64,000 nucleotides of DNA, from NCBI RefSeq assembly GCF_009914755.1, contig NC_060937.1. The stretch is one strand, 5' to 3'. Origin of the DNA: the human T2T-CHM13v2.0 reference genome, Homo sapiens. Under the pieces are notes generated by a model, which saw only the letters and a list, made by a program, of their open reading frames with translations, searched no databases and was not told where the DNA came from. The translations under genes were made by a program, and so were the position numbers. Shown here in pieces: positions 59,021 to 64,000 of the stretch. How positions within the stretch are numbered: the stretch's first letter is position 1; each line of letters opens with the position of its first letter.

Positions 59021-60258
59021 GTATTCCTCCCTCCCTCCCCAAATACCCATTATTTTTATTTTTAAAGCCATTTTGTATGAGACAAAACTTCCAAAATAAT
59101 ATTAAATAGCAAGCATCCTTCTTTATCAGGGCTTAGTTTTAAAATTTGTAAAGATAGGTATGGAGTAACTCTTACTTTAGGGATAGATTAGTCCTACTTC
59201 TAAACATAGACTTTATAAGATAAATACCCTTCTGAATACCAGGGTTATTTAATGAAGGAACTCTGGTAGTTGTTCAGCTCAAAGATCCCTAGTAGTTTTT
59301 CTTTTCCTAGTGTTTGTGAATTTTGTTCAGTTTTATAGTTTTTATTGTGGTAGGGCTAATCTGGTACCACTACCCTGTCATGGGCAGAGGTATAAATCCC
59401 AAAAGGCAGTTTTTCACCATATCTCAGCTTTCCCTGAGTCCTTTCCTCTTTCTCCTTTGACCCACTAACTCTGCCCTTTATTCTCTTATAATTCTCTCTC
59501 AAGAACTGATCACTTAGTGAAAAGACCCAGACCAGAAACTAACTCTTATAACTCAATTCAATGCTCTATTATACTATATATTTTTTACTTCCTAGGATTA
59601 AAACAATAACAATCTAAGTTAGCTTTAAGTTGTTCATTACTTGATATATTTCTTGACTTATCTATTTTGTTTTTGGTGGATCTATCATTTATATTTTATT
59701 TTCTAAAAATTAGAACGGGTTCACTCATAAAGCTAAAAATGACCCATATTGAGAAAAACTATTTGATTAAAAGCTGAACCAGCATTCTAACCATACAAAA
59801 TTATCTAAAAAGTAACTTTAAGGAAGGCAAGGAGACAAATAATAACATGCTTCTACCAGATTTCTGGGTTCCTTATCTCATACCTGAGATTCATATAGTT
59901 TATTATTTCTCCTTGTGAGCTATTTTAGCTGCTTGTGAGAGAATAGGCTTAGATCCTACATGTTTTTCTTCTAACTTAAGAGCCTTTATGTTGATGAGAT
60001 CTGTTCCTAGAATGTAATGTTCATCACTCTCTGTCCACAGAATATCTATTAATTCATGTTTATAAAGCATTAGCCACTTTAAAAATAAATTTTGCATGGT
60101 TTTATTACCTTTAAAGGAGAGAAGAGATAAGAGCAAGAAGAACAGAAATAAAACTGGTTTATAAAATGGGCCTCTAAGAAAGTATTTTTAAATTGTACCA
60201 GGAGGGAAACAAATGATTAAATGAGATTTTTAAGAGGTTGTGGGTCTAATAGTCTTAC

Positions 60259-60335
60259 CTGTGTAGCTGAATATATTCTCGGGGTCTGTTGAGCAGGTGA
60301 AGGAATCTGTCAACAATCTTGTTTTTTCCTACACC
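60259..60335 (-). CDS. VWA8: VWA8 coding exon (about exon 21): GVGKNKIVDRFLHLLNRPREYIQLH(R), containing the end of Walker A
   Basis: Acceptor gtaattacag|GGT, donor CAG|gtaaga; 77 nt, phase 0 to 2; joins the 31284 exon in frame. Not in the ORF track; found by manual translation. Confidence 0.95.
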
Positions 60336-61149
60336 CTGTAATTACACAGAAAACATTAAACAAAAAGAGGCTATTTTCTGGAGATAAGCTTATGCCAAAT
60401 CAGAAGAATCTTTTACCAAAACCTGCTTTCTCACCTTGTTACTGTTTTAGTTTATTGTTCATGAAAACCAAACTGGCAAACATATATGGAATATCTCCTA
60501 TGACATAAGGGTTTAAAAAATTTATTTCTAAACGTACTAGTTCTAAGCCATTCTTATTTGAAAGGAAATCCATAAATTAGCCTCCTACATATTGACTTTT
60601 CTGTTCTGTAAATTTACACTGAAGTCTAGGCATCACAGCAGATGCCTATAGTATTAACTATTTCAGATTTGAAGAATGTCATCAAAGGTGATCAAGTAAG
60701 TATAAAACAATGGTTTTTCTAATCAGTTCTTCAGAATTATGATTTTCAGTTACAGAAAGGTAAATATAATACTGTATTTTTTCTATTTGAATCAAACACT
60801 CATTTCTTCTCCTTTTATCCCATTTTCCAGTCCTTTAAAACCTTGGAAACCTAAACTTAAAACCAAGGTGTATTAATAAAACTCAACTATATGTGCTCTT
60901 CCTAGAAATGCCCTCATTTCCTTACCACTTACTGCTGCTGAGAGTTGCTATCCTTTTGTAGAAGACAGATTGTTAAAAATGGAATCCACCCCCAAGCTAT
61001 TTCCCTATTTCAAAGTTTTCACTTAGAAGTGAAATATAATTAATGGGGTGTAAATCTTTTAACAAGCAGGTTGTGTGGAAAGAGTTATAGTTTAAAAGCT
61101 GACTTCATATCATACATGCTAGCAAAAATAACTCTTACTGATTCTTATA

Positions 61150-61380
61150 TGGGTTGAGCATCCCTAATCCAAAAATCTGAAACCCAAAATGCTGCAAATT
61201 CTGAAACTTTTTGAGCACCAACAAGATGTGCAAAGGTCATGCTCAACAGAAATGCTCATTGGAGCACTTCAGATTTTGGATTTTTAGATTAGGGATGCTC
61301 AACTGGTATGTATACACAAATATTCTAAAATGTGAAATGCTTCTGGTCCCAAGCATTTCAGATAAGGGACACTTAACCCA
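61150..61380. mobile_element. Tigger4/MER46-type MITE
   Basis: Terminal inverted repeats tgggttgag.../...cttaaccca; TA TSDs; internal inverted copy 'ttagggatgctcaac'. Confidence 0.85.
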
Positions 61381-61528
61381 TACTGTGCCAGGCTGTAGGG
61401 TAAGTATTTTCATGGGTTATTTCATTTCATCATCACAACAGTCCCATGAGGTAGGCATTAAAATTATTTCAACCTCACAAATCAAGAAACCAAGGCTCAG
61501 AGGTAAGCATTGTGCACACAGTCACATA

Positions 61529-61597
61529 CAGGTAATTCTAGTGAAACGAGGACTCACATCCAGGTAATTCTAGTGAAACCAGGACTCACATCCAGGT
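61529..61597. repeat. 32-bp tandem duplication within a MIR
   Basis: caggtaattctagtgaaac(g/c)aggactcacatc present twice. Confidence 0.93.
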
Positions 61598-62117
61598 CTA
61601 TATGATTCTGATGCTCATAATTATAGTCCCTGCATTATGGAATATCTTTCTTTCAGTTTGAAATTGATTTTGGTAATCTGGGCCTTAAGTTATCTCCTTT
61701 CTCACTTCTAGGTCCATCCTAAAGAAATAATTAGGTAGACTGGGGCAATGCATGGTATACAGCAACAATAGCAGAAGCCCAATAGAGAAGCAGGTATTTT
61801 TACTGGTATTTTTACTACATACGCAAACATCTTGTGAAGAAAAGCATTCTACAAGCATCAAGGATAGAAATTCAAATCAATTGAAATGGTATTTATTGAG
61901 CGCCACAGGGGGTAGAAACCACATCTGTTTTGCTTATCACTATATCCCCAGAGCTCAGCACAGTGCCTGAGAGTGCGTTCAATAAATATTTGTCAAGTGA
62001 ATAAACGAATATAGGGCGTTTGGAAAGTACTGGAAAAGGAGTGAGGATTCTGGTAAAATATAAATGATGACCATGTTAATAAGGATGCTGAAATTATGGA
62101 CTTATAAAAGAAGAACG

Positions 62118-62411
62118 GGCCAGGCGCATGACTCACACCAGTAATCCCAGAGATTTGGGTGGCTTAAGTGGGAGGATCACTTGAGCCCAGGAGTTCCAGA
62201 TCAGCCTGGGCAACACAGTGAGGCCTCATCTCTATAAAAACAAAAAACAAACAAACAAACAAACAAAAAATTAGCCAGGCATGGTGGCACATGCCTGTAG
62301 TCCTAGCTACTTGGGAGGCTGAGGTGGAAGGATCTCTTGAACCTAGGAATTTGAGGCTGCAGTGAGCTATGATCACACCACTACATTACAGCCTGGTGAT
62401 GGAGCAAGACT

Positions 62412-62479
<68 letters not shown>

Positions 62480-62480
62480 A
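62118..62480 (+). mobile_element. AluJ with (TAAA)n(TAGA)n microsatellite tail
   Basis: 'ggaggatcacttgagcccagg', 'tgaggctgcagtgagctatgatc'. Confidence 0.92.
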
Positions 62481-63479
62481 GTGGGATAAATTTTAAAAGT
62501 GATTTATTTCGCCTACAAAAGATTTAAGGTTATCGGAGCTGAATGTCAAATTGACAAATTCACTTAAGTTAGAACAATGGATCATTTCATCTTCTAGGAA
62601 TCTTTTCAGTACCTAATTGGATTTCACCCAAAATAGTTTCAAGCCTAGCACAGAAGCACAGAGGAGGAAAATAACATTTGCACATCTGTATGTAAATTAC
62701 AACTGGTATGTAAACTTTAAATGGCATGTGACCATAAATATAAATTTTTAAATAGACAAATTCAGATGAGTAAAATGTCTGTGTTAATATATTAGTTCTG
62801 TTAAATTCAGCAATCCTAGGAAAAGCAGACATCACAAATGCATTACAATGTCAGAAATACAAAGGATTTCCTGGAAGAAATGTCATGAAAATGTGCTATC
62901 AGGGAGTTCCTCCTCCCTTCCCACCTCTAAAGTTATTAAATAGCCATGCCTATTTAAATTCCTCCTGAGCAAGGCACGATTTAGGAGTCACAAGTCCCAT
63001 AAATGTAGTTTGAGATGTGGAGTCCCAGCTGCCACTAAGGAGCTCTTTTGCTGTGTCTCTTTAAATGCTGGAGTCTCCAGAACCCCAACCTTGGCTGTCT
63101 TGTTCCATATGCTCTCTCTCCCATGACCTCAGTCATCACAGACAGCTCACACTTCTTTTCTAAGCTTCATTCGATATCCCCTATTCTTAACCGTCAACTG
63201 AACTTCTGAAACAGATGCTTATCATCCTTCCACCCAAACCTACTTTTTTCTCTTTTCAACCCCCATATAACAGCACAGCCAAGTACTCAGCTGCTCAATA
63301 AAAGAATGCTAGAAGATTTTTGATGGCTTCATTTTTTCCCTTCTGCAAAACGTCATTAGGATCTTTGCAGTCCCTACCTGCAAAACTTTTAGTTTTATTC
63401 TTTCCTTCCATTCCTTGTCTCCTTCATTCCTCTTTCCCTTCCAACATTTTCTCCCTCCCTCCCTTCGTTTCTCCCTCTC

Positions 63480-64000
63480 TCACTTCCTTGCCTAACTCAT
63501 CAATTATTTGAGCACCTAATATTACAGCACTGTACTAGTTGAGCTGGATATAATGGTAAAGGAAACAGCTACAGCCTCTCACCATATTCACAGCTTATAG
63601 TCTAGTAGGGAACACAGACAACACATATAATAGATAGTGTCCTCATATGACAATCCAAGATGCTTGAAGATTTAACCTAAGGGCTCAGGAAGGCCGACTG
63701 CACAGTTATGTTTAGATCGAGATATCAAGGAACTAAAGAGGTATAGGGAAAGATGAGAAAGGGGAGTGATACAGGTAGAACAGTATGTGTCAAGACTCTT
63801 GGGTAACAGTCAGTTGGAGAGCTGGACAGGTATGCAAGAAGTCAGAAGCTAGAGAAAAGTGAGAAAGGGAGTGGTAAGAAACCAGGCTAGAAAGGTAGGT
63901 GGGGTTTAAGTCTGGCTAAGCCCTGGAAACCACTTAAAAGAGTTAGAACTGTTTCCTCAAAGCACCAAGAAGCCACTGAAGTAAAGGAATAATACGATCA
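63480..64000 (-). mobile_element. L2 fragment
   Basis: 'attatttgagcacct...cagcttatagtctagtagggaacacagaca' and purine-rich L2 body. Confidence 0.65.

Overview
AT-rich primate (human or near-human) genomic DNA lying wholly inside the VWA8 (KIAA0564) gene, which is transcribed on the minus strand. I assembled eight GT-AG coding exons (60335-60259, 31284-31209, 28808-28673, 26444-26325, 20706-20501, 18873-18722, 2541-2433, 660-522). They splice in frame into a MoxR/midasin/dynein-related AAA+ module (Walker A ...GVGKNK, Walker B LVVDEAD, sensor-1 LANRP) and the region after it. The introns are mostly Alu, L1, L2, MIR, LTR and DNA-transposon relics, and almost all ORFs in the supplied track come from these or are chance ORFs. 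Main observations: (1) read-through of the 18722 donor gives an immediate stop and an intronic poly(A) site, matching the short VWA8 isoform; a perfect 19-bp complementary sequence about 760 nt downstream could pair with and mask this site, making it a candidate RNA-structure isoform switch. (2) A 5'-inverted L1PA carries a 3' transduction (Tigger1 fragment plus AluS) inside one TSD pair. (3) A (UG)21-containing candidate cryptic exon lies next to a weak acceptor. (4) A 690-nt five-exon block would circularise into a stop-free frame. (5) An old diverged duplication of about 1.25 kb and several hairpins/palindromes. Repeat subfamilies and exon numbers are from recall and approximate; no search was run.
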